A stretch of 27,077 nucleotides of DNA from Nitrospinota bacterium. Its GTDB lineage: Bacteria; UBA8248. The stretch covers positions 1 to 27,077 of the forward strand of contig JAZAHK010000043.1 in NCBI GenBank assembly GCA_036231405.1, in the 5' to 3' direction. A model generated the notes under the pieces. The model saw only the letters and a list, made by a program, of their open reading frames with translations. It searched no databases and was not told the DNA's origin. Both the position numbers and the translations under genes were made by a program. Numbering within the stretch: the first letter of the stretch is position 1; each line of letters opens with the position of its first letter. Positions 9,519 through 21,072 of this stretch are shown here, piece by piece.

Positions 9519-10757
9519 CTAACTTGCTCTTTTAAAAATTAAATTTGGTTTTTCTTCTAAATTCACCACTCTCTCATTAATCATGACCTCTTTAACATCA
9601 ACCATATTTGGCAAATCAAACATTGTATCAAGCATCAAATTTTCTATAATTGACCTCAGACCACGCGCACCAGATTTCTGGGAGAGGGCTTGTGAAGCAA
9701 TAGAATCAAGAGCTTCTTTAGTAAAAGTAAGAGTAACTCCTTCCAATTCGAAAAACTTTTGGTATTGCTTAATCAAAGCATTTTTTGGAGTTACAAGGAT
9801 TTCAATTAAAGCATCTTTATTAAGTTCATTTAGAGATGCAACTACAGGCAAGCGACCAATAAATTCAGGAATTAATCCATATTTCAGCAAATCTTCTGGG
9901 CTCACATTCGAAAGCGTTTCGCTCAAAGAAACTTCTTTTTCATTACTCAAGTCAGCTCCAAAACCAATTCCTTGATTTCCTACCCTTTTCCGGATAATTT
10001 CTTCTAATCCTACAAAGGCTCCTGCGCAAATAAAAAGAATATTCGTTGTATCAACTTGAACAAACTCTTGATGAGGATGCTTTCTTCCCCCTTGGGGAGG
10101 AACACTCGCAATGGAACCTTCAATAATTTTAAGAAGTGCCTGCTGAACTCCCTCTCCAGAAACATCGCGGGTTATAGAAGGGTTCTCACTTTTTTTCGTA
10201 ATTTTATCTATTTCATCTATATAAATGATTCCTCTTTCAGCTCTACCTGAATCAAAATCTGAAGATTGAAGTAGTTTAAGTATGATATTTTCCACATCCT
10301 CTCCAACATAACCTGCTTCCGTCAGAGTTGTAGCATCGACAATAGCAAAAGGGACATTTAAAAGACGTGCTAAGGTCCTAGCCATTAGAGTTTTTCCAGA
10401 TCCTGTTGGGCCAACTAAAAGTATATTGCTTTTATCTAATTCAGCATCTTCTGTTCGTACTTCTGCATCAATACGCTTATAATGATTATAGACTGCAACA
10501 GAAAGTATCTTTTTTGCCCTTTCCTGACCAATTACATGTTGATCAAGAACTTCCTTGATTTCGCTTGGCTTAATTAGAGTTCCTTTTTCATCTCCTAGTG
10601 TTTCCTTAATGTCTTCAGATAAAATTTCATTACATAGTTCAACGCATTCATTGCAAATATATGCATCGGGACCTGCAATCATCTTCTTTATTTCATCCTG
10701 CCCTTTATTACAAAATGAACAATTAGGTAATGAGGAATCAGGCGTTAACTCTGACAT
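9519..10757 (-). CDS. clpX: ATP-dependent Clp protease ATP-binding subunit ClpX
   Basis: Zn finger CSFC...ICNEC, Walker [34 protein letters not shown] and the IGF loop. Confidence 0.98.
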   Translation of the reverse strand: MSELTPDSSLPNCSFCNKGQDEIKKMIAGPDAYICNECVELCNEILSEDIKETLGDEKGTLIKPSEIKEVLDQHVIGQERAKKILSVAVYNHYKRIDAEVRTEDAELDKSNILLVGPTGSGKTLMARTLARLLNVPFAIVDATTLTEAGYVGEDVENIILKLLQSSDFDSGRAERGIIYIDEIDKITKKSENPSITRDVSGEGVQQALLKIIEGSIASVPPQGGRKHPHQEFVQVDTTNILFICAGAFVGLEEIIRKRVGNQGIGFGADLSNEKEVSLSETLSNVSPEDLLKYGLIPEFIGRLPVVASLNELNKDALIEILVTPKNALIKQYQKFFELEGVTLTFTKEALDSIASQALSQKSGARGLRSIIENLMLDTMFDLPNMVDVKEVMINERVVNLEEKPNLIFKRAS

Positions 10758-10799
10758 TACAAGACCTTTTTGAAAATTAATTTAAAATTAAGATACATA

Positions 10800-11441
10800 T
10801 TAACCTTCATCCTTTTCTTTCTTCCCAGACTTCGATTTTGGACTAGAAGAAGATCCATCACTCCTTGATTCTATGACTTCATCAACTATGCCGTAGGATT
10901 TTGCTTCCTCTGCTGTCATGAAATTATCTCTATCCGTATCCCTTTCTATTGCCTTCAATGTTTGACCAGTTTTCTGAGATAGTATTTTATTCAATTTATC
11001 ACGCATCCTTAAGATCTCACGTGCTTGTATATCTATATCGGTTGCTTGACCTTGAACTCCACCTAAAGGTTGATGAATAAGGATACGAGCGTTTGGAAGT
11101 GCAAATCGTTTTCCTGCCGATCCCGCCGTTAGAAGAAGTGCTCCCATACTAGCAGCCTGTCCAACACAGATTGTTGAAATGGGAGAATTTATATACTGCA
11201 TAGTATCATAAATTGCTAAACCAGCTGTTACAGAACCCCCTGGGGTATTGATATAAATATAAATTTCCCGATCGGGTTCCTCAGCCTCAAGATGCAACAA
11301 TTGTGCAGTAACAAGATTAGCGATCTGGTCATCTATAGGAGTTCCCAGAAAAATAATCCGCTCTTTTAGCAAACGACTATAAATATCATACGCACGCTCA
11401 CCTCTATTTGTTTGTTCTACTACCATAGGTATAAGAGCCAC
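10800..11441 (-). CDS. clpP: ATP-dependent Clp protease proteolytic subunit ClpP
   Basis: [25 protein letters not shown] (catalytic Ser), IHQPLGG and RDNFM; GTG start. Confidence 0.98.
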   Translation of the reverse strand: MALIPMVVEQTNRGERAYDIYSRLLKERIIFLGTPIDDQIANLVTAQLLHLEAEEPDREIYIYINTPGGSVTAGLAIYDTMQYINSPISTICVGQAASMGALLLTAGSAGKRFALPNARILIHQPLGGVQGQATDIDIQAREILRMRDKLNKILSQKTGQTLKAIERDTDRDNFMTAEEAKSYGIVDEVIESRSDGSSSSPKSKSGKKEKDEG

Positions 11442-11445
11442 TTTT

Positions 11446-12795
11446 TTACCCTTCCTCTATTTGATCGTCCTTTTCGACTTTCTCATCATGAGAATGATCA
11501 TGGACATTGTGAATTTCGACTTCAACTTTAGCCTCATCATATAGCCAATTGAGTGTTTTGTTAAATTTAAGATTAGAAAACAATGATTCCAAAGAACCAG
11601 TCATCGCCATACGCTTCTTTAATTTCTCCACCTCCATTCCATATCTTCTTGCAGTTTCTTCAATATGCAAATCGATCTCTTCAGGTCCAATACTTATCCC
11701 TTCAATCTCCCTGATACGATGAATGAGTATTAATTCATGTACTCTTTTCTCTGCCTCAGGTTTTAGCTTTAAACGTATTTCCTCTCTGTGAGTTTCCGTT
11801 ATTTCTACTTCGGGATTCTCTGATTTATAACGTCTTTCTACATCTTTCATCCTCTCTTCTATTTCGTTCTTCACCAAGGTAGGTGGAACCTGGAGGGGAT
11901 GGTTCTCCATAATTTGTTCAATTAATTTTCTTATCCCTTCCTGTCGATTTTGATTCTCTTCTGACATCTTTAAATCTTCCTCAACTTGCATACGAAGATC
12001 GACAACACTCTTCATCTCACTACCAAGAGAAATTACGAAATCATCATCTAGATTAGGCAGATTTGGCTTTTTAACACTTTTTAAATCTAATTTAAAGACA
12101 AATTTCTGTTCGTCGTACTCTTCGCTTGTGCTTCCAGGAGGCTGAAAATCTACTTCTTTTTTATCACCAGCCTTCATTCCAAGAACAGATTCATCCAGGA
12201 GTTTTTCATTCTGCGTTTCTCCCAAAATTAGAGATTGATTTTCTCCTTTAGTACCCGAAACAGGTTCTCCATTCTTGAATGCCTCTATATCAAAAACAAC
12301 GTAATCTCCAGACTCTGCAGATCTATCAACGTCCTCAAATGTAGCAGATTGATACAATAAACGCTTGATATTCTCGTCAATCAGTTCATCAGTTATAGGA
12401 TGGCTATGAATATTAACCTCCATACCCTTATAATCTTTCAAATCAATTGGAGGAATGACTTCTAAAGTAGCTTTATAAGTCAATTCTGTAGAATCATCAT
12501 TCATTTTTATATCAGTAATATTAGGTTCTCCGACTGGCCTCATTCCTTTTTCATTTAAGATATTTGTGTATGAGTCTGAAATTAGATTAGTATATACTTC
12601 TGCCCTTAGTTCTTCTCCATAAAAACGTTCTAGAACTTTTCGTGGAATTTTTCCTTTTCTAAAACCCTTTATATTTGCTCTACCAGATAAATTTTGAAAA
12701 GCCATATCAATAGCACTTGAAACTTGTTCGCTTGGGATTCCTGCTTCAAGTGTCTTGGTGCAATCACTAACATCACTAATTGTGGTTTCTGACAT
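11446..12795 (-). CDS. tig: Trigger factor
   Basis: Ribosome-binding signature [12 protein letters not shown]-like middle domain, tig-clpP-clpX synteny; GGAG RBS 7 nt before the ATG at 12795. Confidence 0.93.
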   Translation of the reverse strand: MSETTISDVSDCTKTLEAGIPSEQVSSAIDMAFQNLSGRANIKGFRKGKIPRKVLERFYGEELRAEVYTNLISDSYTNILNEKGMRPVGEPNITDIKMNDDSTELTYKATLEVIPPIDLKDYKGMEVNIHSHPITDELIDENIKRLLYQSATFEDVDRSAESGDYVVFDIEAFKNGEPVSGTKGENQSLILGETQNEKLLDESVLGMKAGDKKEVDFQPPGSTSEEYDEQKFVFKLDLKSVKKPNLPNLDDDFVISLGSEMKSVVDLRMQVEEDLKMSEENQNRQEGIRKLIEQIMENHPLQVPPTLVKNEIEERMKDVERRYKSENPEVEITETHREEIRLKLKPEAEKRVHELILIHRIREIEGISIGPEEIDLHIEETARRYGMEVEKLKKRMAMTGSLESLFSNLKFNKTLNWLYDEAKVEVEIHNVHDHSHDEKVEKDDQIEEG

Positions 12796-12860
12796 CAACT
12801 TTCTCCAAAGAAGAAATAACCACTACAAGAGTTAATAAAATCATGCAAATTATTCTTAAT

Positions 12861-12945
<85 letters not shown>

Positions 12946-13298
12946 ACAAATTCTTTACGTTTCAAAGCAATACTCTAACAAATACAAAATTCATCTTAAA
13001 AAACTAATTTTATCTTCTGCCCAATTCTAACGCAAAAAAACAACCGTTTCAAAAATAAAGACGGTACCCTAAATAAAAAAAAGCTTTTATTCAACACATT
13101 TATGAGTTTTTACAAGTTTTTTTGTCCTACCATGTAGGACCTGAAAATATAGTTCAAGTATAAACGCCTAAATGTATCGGTAGCAGAAGCGACAATGACA
13201 TTGAAACAACAAATGAGAATTAAATGAGAGGTTGCGTGACTCCATCTAAATTCGCGAAATTGGATCTAATTGCACAAAAATATCTGAAAAACAACAAT

Positions 13299-13326
13299 AA
13301 AAAGGGGCGAGAAATGATCTCGCCCC
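13299..13326 (-). terminator. Intrinsic terminator downstream of tctC
   Basis: 9-bp perfect stem GGGGCGAGA/TCTCGCCCC with a 5-nt loop, followed on the minus strand by TTTTTATT. Confidence 0.8.
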
Positions 13327-13355
13327 AAATATAATTTCATATTAAGAATGTGAAA

Positions 13356-14342
13356 CTATTTCTTTTTCTTGTAACCCATTTTCTTAAAAAGTCTTCCGTA
13401 GAAATCTATTTCATTATCGTATGCTTTTTTGAGAGCTGGACCTGAAAGAGGAGAAAGACTCTCCCCAAATTTCTTAATGAGTTTTTTCAAAGTCTTGCTC
13501 TTAGCAGCTTTATGCAAGGCTGCCTTTAGAACTTCAATGCGATCATTAGGCATTCCTTTAGGAGCGATAAACACCCTCCAAGACTTGTAAATATAATCTA
13601 CACCTAATTCTCTGAAAGTAGGATATTTCTTTCCAAATTCTTTCATACGTTCTTCGGATGCAGTTGCAAGTAGCGTTAACTGTCCCCTTTTAACCCTACT
13701 TAAGGTTCCTCCTGTAGTTACGTTAGCCCAGCCAGCATCAACATGGCCACCCCACATTGCTTGCCAAGCCTTCCCTCCACCTCTAAAAGGAACATGCTTA
13801 AATTTCACGTTTTTTGCTCTCATCATCTGCAAAATACCCAAATGACTGGAACCCCAAGCTCCGTTAGATGAAATGGATATCTTGCCTGGACGTTTCTTGG
13901 CATCATCAAGTAAATCTTGAAGATTTTTCCAAGGTTTTTCCTTCCGAACTACAAGAAGAAAAGGGGCATAATTTACCTGAAAAAAAGGAATAAAATCTGT
14001 TTTCGGATCAAAACCCATATTCCTTGCATGTGGCGCAATTGCAAAATGAGAACCTGAACCAAGAGCAATAGTGTATCCGTCAGGTTTTGAACGCTTGAGA
14101 GCTGTCATTCCAATTTTTCCACCACCACCACCACGTACTGTGCACAAAAAGGGTTGTCCCAAGTATTCATGAATCACGCTTGCTACAGCCCGGCAGTGCA
14201 TATCATGAGAACCGCCCGCGCCAGTTGCCAAAATTACTTTGATAGGTCTATTCGGGTATTTGGCATTTGCTTGTCCAACTAGCATGAATAAAACTGCAAC
14301 AACAATTAAACCCAAACAAACAACAACTTTGTTCTTAAACAT
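13356..14342 (-). CDS. tctC: Tripartite tricarboxylate transporter substrate-binding protein (Bug/TctC family)
   Basis: Signal peptide ending ANA, YPNRPIKVI..GAGG..D, KPDGYT, HVPFRGGG and PTFRELG; AAGGAGG RBS before the ATG at 14342. Confidence 0.9.
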   Translation of the reverse strand: MFKNKVVVCLGLIVVAVLFMLVGQANAKYPNRPIKVILATGAGGSHDMHCRAVASVIHEYLGQPFLCTVRGGGGGKIGMTALKRSKPDGYTIALGSGSHFAIAPHARNMGFDPKTDFIPFFQVNYAPFLLVVRKEKPWKNLQDLLDDAKKRPGKISISSNGAWGSSHLGILQMMRAKNVKFKHVPFRGGGKAWQAMWGGHVDAGWANVTTGGTLSRVKRGQLTLLATASEERMKEFGKKYPTFRELGVDYIYKSWRVFIAPKGMPNDRIEVLKAALHKAAKSKTLKKLIKKFGESLSPLSGPALKKAYDNEIDFYGRLFKKMGYKKKK

Positions 14343-14376
14343 ATCTTCCTCCTTATGAAAAGTTAGCAAATTTAGC

Positions 14377-15879
14377 TTACTCAGTTTCAGCCCAAGGCTT
14401 TTTCCAAATAGCCATTCCTAACAAGAAAATACTAAGCAACATTAAAAATCCGGAAACAGGAAAACCTCCCGCTAGTTTAGTGAAAAAGACTAAATAATCA
14501 CCATCAGAGAGTAATAAAGCTTGCTTCATAGACTCCTCTGCTGTTTCAGTAAGTATAAATGCTATGACAAGGGGTGCAAGAGGAAATCTTAACTTACGAA
14601 ATCCATATCCGCAAATACCAAAAAATAAGGCAAGTTTCACATCTTCAATATTATTCTGATAAATAAAACCGCCCACTACACAAAGCAGAAGAATTATTGG
14701 AACTAAAACTGACTTCCGAATAGTAACTAAGCGTGCAAACAGTCCTGTTAGTAGTTTTCCTTGAAGGAACATAATAGGATTTCCAATTAAAAGTAGAGCA
14801 AAAATCCCATACATAGTTGAAGCTTGTTCTTCAAAAAGCTCAGGTCCAGGACGTAAACCCTGTGCCATAAACGCACCCATAAGAATAGCTGCAGATGCAC
14901 TACCCGGAATACCAAAAGTCAAAGTGGGAATAAGATCTGCACCCGCAACCGCACTATTTGAGGCTTCTGCGGCAGCAACTCCTTCGTAACTACCTTTACC
15001 ATACTCTTCAGGATGTTTAGATGAACGTTTCGCTAGAGCGTAACTAATAAAAGTAGCAATAGCAGCACCTGTTCCAGGGATCGCTCCTATAGCAGTTCCA
15101 ATACAAGAAGAACGAAGTATTGTCCACTTTACTTGAAATAATTCAATCCATTTGAGTGATCTTCCACCCTTTAAGTGCGACGATTCGGGAGGATTTGAAA
15201 GTTCAACAATTTTTTTCTCTGACTGAATCAAAACTTCACTGATTGCAAAAAGTCCAATTAACATAGGTACTATCCCTATTCCATCTGAAACATTTGCAAT
15301 GCCAAAAGTAAAACGTTCTGAACCAGAAATAATATCTTGACCAACAAGACCGATTAATATGCCCAACAGCATGGAAAGAAGACCCTTTAAAACAGAAGAA
15401 CCCGTCACTGCTGAGATAATAGTAAGACCAAGAACCATTAGTGCAAAAAATTCTGTGGGACCAAATAGTAATGCAACTGCTGCAAGTGGGAATGCGGCTA
15501 ATATCAAAACAATATCACTAAACGTGTCCCCTAGCGTTGAAGAATAAAGCGCCATTTGGATAGCGCTTCTTGCCTCCCCTTTCCGAGCCAAAGGATACCC
15601 ATCAAGAGTAGTGGCAGCCGCTGCTGCTGTACCAGGTGTATTTATCAAGATTGCAGGGATTGAACCCCCAAAAAGTGCACCTTTATGAATTCCTAATAAG
15701 AATGGAATTCCGTTAATAGGGGTCATGAAAAATGAAAAAGGAACTAGTACTGCAATAGCCATAACACTTGTTAAACCAGGGATAGCACCTACTGTAATGC
15801 CCGCAAAAACTCCAAGAGTAACCATCCCTAGCGCTTTGAGAGTTAATACTTGCCATATCGCATCAAAAACTTGTTCCAT
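14377..15879 (-). CDS. tctA: Tripartite tricarboxylate transporter large permease TctA
   Basis: GAIPGL, GGSIPAILINTPGT, TTLDGYPLA, GVAAAEASNSA, PTLTFGIPG and GLRPGP; 500-aa polytopic membrane protein. Confidence 0.93.
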   Translation of the reverse strand: MEQVFDAIWQVLTLKALGMVTLGVFAGITVGAIPGLTSVMAIAVLVPFSFFMTPINGIPFLLGIHKGALFGGSIPAILINTPGTAAAAATTLDGYPLARKGEARSAIQMALYSSTLGDTFSDIVLILAAFPLAAVALLFGPTEFFALMVLGLTIISAVTGSSVLKGLLSMLLGILIGLVGQDIISGSERFTFGIANVSDGIGIVPMLIGLFAISEVLIQSEKKIVELSNPPESSHLKGGRSLKWIELFQVKWTILRSSCIGTAIGAIPGTGAAIATFISYALAKRSSKHPEEYGKGSYEGVAAAEASNSAVAGADLIPTLTFGIPGSASAAILMGAFMAQGLRPGPELFEEQASTMYGIFALLLIGNPIMFLQGKLLTGLFARLVTIRKSVLVPIILLLCVVGGFIYQNNIEDVKLALFFGICGYGFRKLRFPLAPLVIAFILTETAEESMKQALLLSDGDYLVFFTKLAGGFPVSGFLMLLSIFLLGMAIWKKPWAETE

Positions 15880-15885
15880 TTAAAA

Positions 15886-16389
15886 TTATCCTCTTATATA
15901 GCTCACTAATTGACTAACCAACTCCCCTTCAGGAAGCATTACCTTAAAGGAAAGCCAAAAAAAACGTTCTATTGAAATCGGAACCAATAATGATACTGGA
16001 ACGACAATACGCCAGTTTCGAGTTCCATAAAAAATCATAAGAAACGCCAATAAAAAAGGAGAAATCAAGTGAAAACCTAACCATTCTAAGAGGTAAACGT
16101 AAACGGTAGCCGCTAAGAATACTATTATAGCTTGGTAAAAGGGACGTCCACTTGTTGAACTAGTTGTATCGATTTCAACTCTGTTTACTAGAGTGTCTCC
16201 TACCAGTAGCAAACTAACGAATCCAAAAATAGAGATCGTAAGCTGTGGAAAAGTTTCAGGTCGGAAAATACGCCCTGCAAATTCGCTTTCTGAAAAAGAG
16301 GAAATAATCTGTGTTGGAATAAAATAGAAAAAATAGATTAAACTGAAGATAAAAAACAGAACCCCAACTATAAAATCTTTTCTGTTCAT
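15886..16389 (-). CDS. tctB: Tripartite tricarboxylate transporter small permease TctB
   Basis: Four to five hydrophobic segments, P..FP, LEWLGF and C-terminal F.V.LP.G; adjacent to tctA. The start at 16389 (MNRKD) is inferred. Confidence 0.8.
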   Translation of the reverse strand: MNRKDFIVGVLFFIFSLIYFFYFIPTQIISSFSESEFAGRIFRPETFPQLTISIFGFVSLLLVGDTLVNRVEIDTTSSTSGRPFYQAIIVFLAATVYVYLLEWLGFHLISPFLLAFLMIFYGTRNWRIVVPVSLLVPISIERFFWLSFKVMLPEGELVSQLVSYIRG

Positions 16390-16530
16390 TCGAAAAAGCC
16401 TTATTGGAAAAATTGCTAATGACATTCTGAGGCAAGAAATGAAACTTTTATACCTCAAAATTTGCAATTATGAATTTGTTAATTAAACAATAAAATATTA
16501 AGCAAATAACTTCAAGGAAAATAGAAAAAA

Positions 16531-17256
16531 TTATTTTCCCTTAAAAGGAGGCCAAATTCTCTCGCCAAGTGTAGGAGAACCAGGGGAATGAATTAAACTT
16601 TTGACAGCATTTCGTGAACGTTCTATTGTTTCTGTAGTAAAATTTTTCATCAACGATTTTACGCTTGTCCACTCGTACATGATCCCATGTTTTGGCCAAC
16701 CTGAAACCGAAACAAGCAATCGAGCACCCACACACCCTTTCATATTTTTAAGACGGGGCATTCGAACTTGTGCATACCATGAACTTAGTTCTTCTTCATT
16801 TTCAATAGAATTCACATTAAAAGTACCTATCTGAATAGCAGGACCAGGAGTTATTCCAGGACTCCTAGTAGAAGATTCCAACCCTTCGATTCTATCTTGC
16901 ACCATAAATATACAAGACCTCTCTCCTATACGGCGACCCAGCATTTCCTTTTCCTCTAATGACCAAGTCCCTTTTATCTGAGAAAAGGAAGGATCAACAA
17001 ACGTAATAGCCTTTGCTGCGCCAAAAAGCATTAGATAATCATTTCCAGATGGAATAGCTGGATCGTTTGTATGGATTAATTTTTTTTTCTTTTCTTTTTC
17101 CCGCTCCTCATCCCAGATATTCCTAACATGTGCAGCCCACAAACAACCATTTCGGTCCAATACTTTTGGAATGTAAACCTCTTGCAGCCAAGAAATATAG
17201 TCATCCTTTCCCTCTTCGGGAAGATCATACCAAGTTGCCCAAATTGCGTTGTCCAT
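16531..17256 (-). CDS. Hypothetical protein with two probable dimeric alpha-beta barrel (EthD/DUF4286-like) repeats
   Basis: Two similar segments (DDYISWLQEVYIPKVLDRNGCLWA and EELSSWYAQVRMPRLKNMKGCVGA...MYEW); starts 3 nt after the metH stop. Confidence 0.55.
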   Translation of the reverse strand: MDNAIWATWYDLPEEGKDDYISWLQEVYIPKVLDRNGCLWAAHVRNIWDEEREKEKKKKLIHTNDPAIPSGNDYLMLFGAAKAITFVDPSFSQIKGTWSLEEKEMLGRRIGERSCIFMVQDRIEGLESSTRSPGITPGPAIQIGTFNVNSIENEEELSSWYAQVRMPRLKNMKGCVGARLLVSVSGWPKHGIMYEWTSVKSLMKNFTTETIERSRNAVKSLIHSPGSPTLGERIWPPFKGK

Positions 17257-17259
17257 ACA

Positions 17260-20200
17260 CTATTTACTTTTAGAAAAGAGTTTAGGGTTGTAATTAAGGC
17301 TTGATGCAAGCCATTTTTCAACTTCTTCTTTATCCATGTTTTTTCTCTTTGCGTAATCTTCTACCTGATCGCGACTTATTTTACCAACACCAAAGTACTG
17401 AGAATGAGAGTTAGCAAAATAAAAACCTGCAACTGATGCAGCAGGATATATCGCGCAATTTTCAGTTAATTTCATTTGGGTATTTTTTTCTACATTTAAA
17501 AGTCTAAACAACATTCTCTTTTCAGAGTGATCAGGACATGCAGGATATCCTGGAGCAGGTCTTACTCCAACAAACGATTCTTTAATTAAAGAATCATTAT
17601 CAAAATCTTCATTTGGGGAGTATCCCCAATATTCTTTTCTAACTCTTTCGTGAAGATGTTCAGCAAAAGCCTCCGCAAGTCTATCAGCGATTGCTTTGAC
17701 TAAAATTGAATTATAGTCATCATGATTAGACTCAAATTTTTTGACTAAAGAATCTAAGCCATGCCCTGCAGTTACGGCAAATCCTCCAATATAATCAGGA
17801 AACTCTTGTTCCTTCATAGAAATGAAATCAGCTAGACAGAAATTAGGGGTGTTGTTGTTTTTGTCTAATTGCTGCCTTAAAAAATGTGCAACTTCCAATA
17901 CTTCCCTTCTCCCTTCATCAACGTATATTTCGACATCATCACCAATAGAATTAGCAGGGAAAATGCCAAAAACTCCCGACATACGAATATCTTCATTTTC
18001 CAATAACGAGTGAAGAATTTTCTGTGCGTCCTCATAAAGACTTTTCGCCTGCACTCCTACAGAAGGGTCAGAAAGAACTCTAGGAAAAGTTCCGCGAATT
18101 TCCCATGCAGAGAAAAAAGGTGTCCAATCAATTCTTTCTAAAACATTTTTGATTGGATAATTTTCGAAAACTTTTACCCCAACAAATTTCGGTTTTAGAA
18201 CGTTTTTCTTTGAAAATTTATAAATTGGTTTGTTCAAACGTGCACTATCTAAAGATAAAATTTTAGAAGAAGATTCTTTTTTTTCTCTTTGAAGACGAAT
18301 CATCTCATATTCATTCAATACTTCCTCAAAAAATGTCTTCTTTAAATCTTGATTTGTTACCTTATTCATAACATTTACGCTTCTGGAAGCATCCTTAACG
18401 TAGACTGTGGCACCTGAATATTCAGGGGAAATTTTAATAGCAGTATGGACTCTTGAAGTCGTAGCTCCACCGATCAACAAGGGAATTTTCAGGCCTAGTC
18501 TTTCTATTTCCCTTGCAACAAATACCATTTCTTCTAAAGAAGGAGTAATTAATCCACTTAGTCCTATTGCTTGAACATTATGTTCTTTTGCTTGATTAAT
18601 GATATCTGAAGATGGAACCATCACACCTAAATCTATAACTTCGTAGTTGTTACATTGAAGGACTACTCCCACGATTTTTTTTCCAATATCATGAACATCA
18701 CCTTTCACCGTGGCCATGAGAATTTTTCCTTTTCCTCCAAGACCTGATTCTCCCTTTTCTTCTTCGATAAATGGAGTTAAGTGAGCTACTGCAGTTTTCA
18801 TAACACGCGCACTTTTCACAACCTGGGGAAGAAACATTTTCCCAGAACCAAACAGGTCTCCGACTACATTCATTCCATCCATCAAAGGACCTTCTATGAC
18901 TTTAATTGGTTCTTTTAACTTTAATCTAGCTTCTTCTGAATCCTCTACAATAAATTCAGACAAACCGTTTACCAGCGCATGCGAGATACGATCTTCAACA
19001 GGATTTTCTCTCCAAGATAGATCGTCTCCCTTTGATTTTTCCAATCCCTTTACTTGCGAAGCAATTTCGAGAAGTTGTTCTGTTGCATCTTTTTTTCTGT
19101 TAAGAAGAACGTCTTCCACCTTTTTCAAAATGTCTTTTGGTATATCGTCGTAGACCGCCAGTTGTCCTGCGTTTACAATACCCATATCCATTCCATTTTC
19201 GATGGCATGATATAAAAAAACCGAATGCATGAATTCACGTATGCCGTTGTTTCCCCTGAAAGAAAAGGAAACGTTACTCACCCCTCCACTAACAAGAGCA
19301 CCAGGAAGTTGCTTCTTGATCAATCGAATAGATTCAAAATACGCCTTCGCATAGTCATTATGCTCCTCAATACCAGTAGCTACAGCAAAAATATTAGGGT
19401 CAAAAATAATATCTGTTGCTTCAAACCCAGCATTTTCCGTTAGAATCTTATATGCTCTTGTACAAACCTCTACTTTTTTTTCTACCGTTTCGGCTTGCCC
19501 TGTTTCATCAAATGCCATAACTAGAACAGAGGCTCCTTATTGTTTTACAAGTCTAGCCTGCTCTAGAAATGCCTCCTCTCCTTCTTTAAGGCTTATTGAG
19601 TTGACTATGGGTTTCCCTTGCACACACTTTAATCCGGATTCTATGACATCCCATTTTGATGAATCAATCATGAAAGGGACTCGACTAATTTCGGGTTCCG
19701 AAGCCAGTAATTTTAAAAAAGTGGTCATTGCTTCTTTGGAATCCAACATTCCCTCATCCATATTAATATCAATTATCTGGGCACCATTTTGAACCTGCTG
19801 AAGTGCTACCTGAACTGCTTTTTCATATTCCCCTTGCAAAATGAGTTTAGAAAATTTAGCTGAGCCCGCTACATTGGTTCTTTCTCCAATATTGACAAAA
19901 CCAGTTTCTTCACCAATGTTAAGAGGCTCTAAACCGCTCAGCCGGCAACGCTTTGGAATATTTGGAATCTTACGTGGAGAAATTGAAGACAATGCATCCG
20001 CAATTGCCTGTATATGTTCAGGAGTAGTACCGCAGCAACCTCCAACCAAATTAACAAATCCTGAACTTGCAAATTCCAAAAGATGAGTTGCCATAAATTC
20101 AGGAGAATCATCATATCCCCCTAGTTCGTTGGGTAATCCTGCATTAGGCCATGTGCTTACCCTTGTACTCGCTACTCTCGATAATTCCTCTACATATTCG

Positions 20201-20976
20201 CGCAACTGTGTTACCCCTAGTGCGCAATTCAAGCCAACAGAAAACGGTTTATAGGATGCTATAGAATTCCAAAAAGATTCTGTGGTCTGTCCTGAGAGAG
20301 TTCGACCACTTGCATCAGCTATAGTTCCTGACACCATCACAGGAAGCCTTATCTGAAATTTTTGAAAATAATTTTCAACTGCGAAAAGAGCTGCTTTGCA
20401 ATTGAGGGTATCGAAAACTGTCTCAACAAGTATTAAGTCCGCACCTCCTTTGATAAGTCCATTGATAGATACGGTATAGGCCTCTACGAGTTCATCAAAA
20501 CTTATATTTCTAAACCCGGGATCATTTACATCAGGAGAAATAGAAGCAGTCCGATTCGTTGGACCAAGAACTCCTGCTACATACCGAAAACGATCTGAAT
20601 CTGACGTCTCTTTTTCATCTGCAACCTCTCTCGCAATTTTAGCCGCATTGAAATTCAACTCGTAGGTTAAGTCTTCCATTCCGTAATCAGTCATCGAAAT
20701 AGACGTGGAATTGAACGAGTTAGTCTCAATGATATCTGCACCCGCTTCTAGAAAGGATCGATGTATAGATTGAATAATATTTGGCTGTGTAAGAGAAAGA
20801 AGATCATTGTTTCCCTTCAGTTCTGAATCATGATCAGAGAATCTGTCGCCTCTAAAATCTTCCTCCGAAAGTTTATACGACTGAATCATAGTACCTATCG
20901 CTCCGTCCACAATCATGATTCTTTGACGAAGGGAATCTTCTAATTCATTTAATCTTTTTTTTCTTTTCTGGACCAT
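17260..20976 (-). pseudogene. metH: B12-dependent methionine synthase MetH interrupted by one in-frame TAA (nonsense mutation or base-call error)
   Basis: Hcy-binding domain ([26 protein letters not shown]), pterin domain ([16 protein letters not shown]), B12 motif ([18 protein letters not shown]) and activation domain ([12 protein letters not shown]) all lie in one frame. The junction reads [18 protein letters not shown], with TAA at 19537-19539. Confidence 0.9.
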
Positions 20977-21072
20977 TGACTCAAAAACCCTCAATTACAA
21001 TTCAATAGCAAACTAAGTAAAATGTTACTGATGAAAGAGATAGCTTGGGAAAAGATAATAACTTCGAGGAAG

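Noticed and set aside
12946-13300. Integrated element or CRISPR array next to tRNA-Leu
   Set aside because: No integrase, no duplicated tRNA 3' end and no regularly spaced repeats; this gap is on the tRNA 5' side.
19537-19539. Sec or Pyl recoding in metH
   Set aside because: The codon is TAA, not TGA or TAG, and the homologous residue is Tyr.
20977-21072. SAM or cobalamin riboswitch upstream of metH
   Set aside because: The spacer is under 100 nt, AT-rich and shows no riboswitch consensus that I can recognise.
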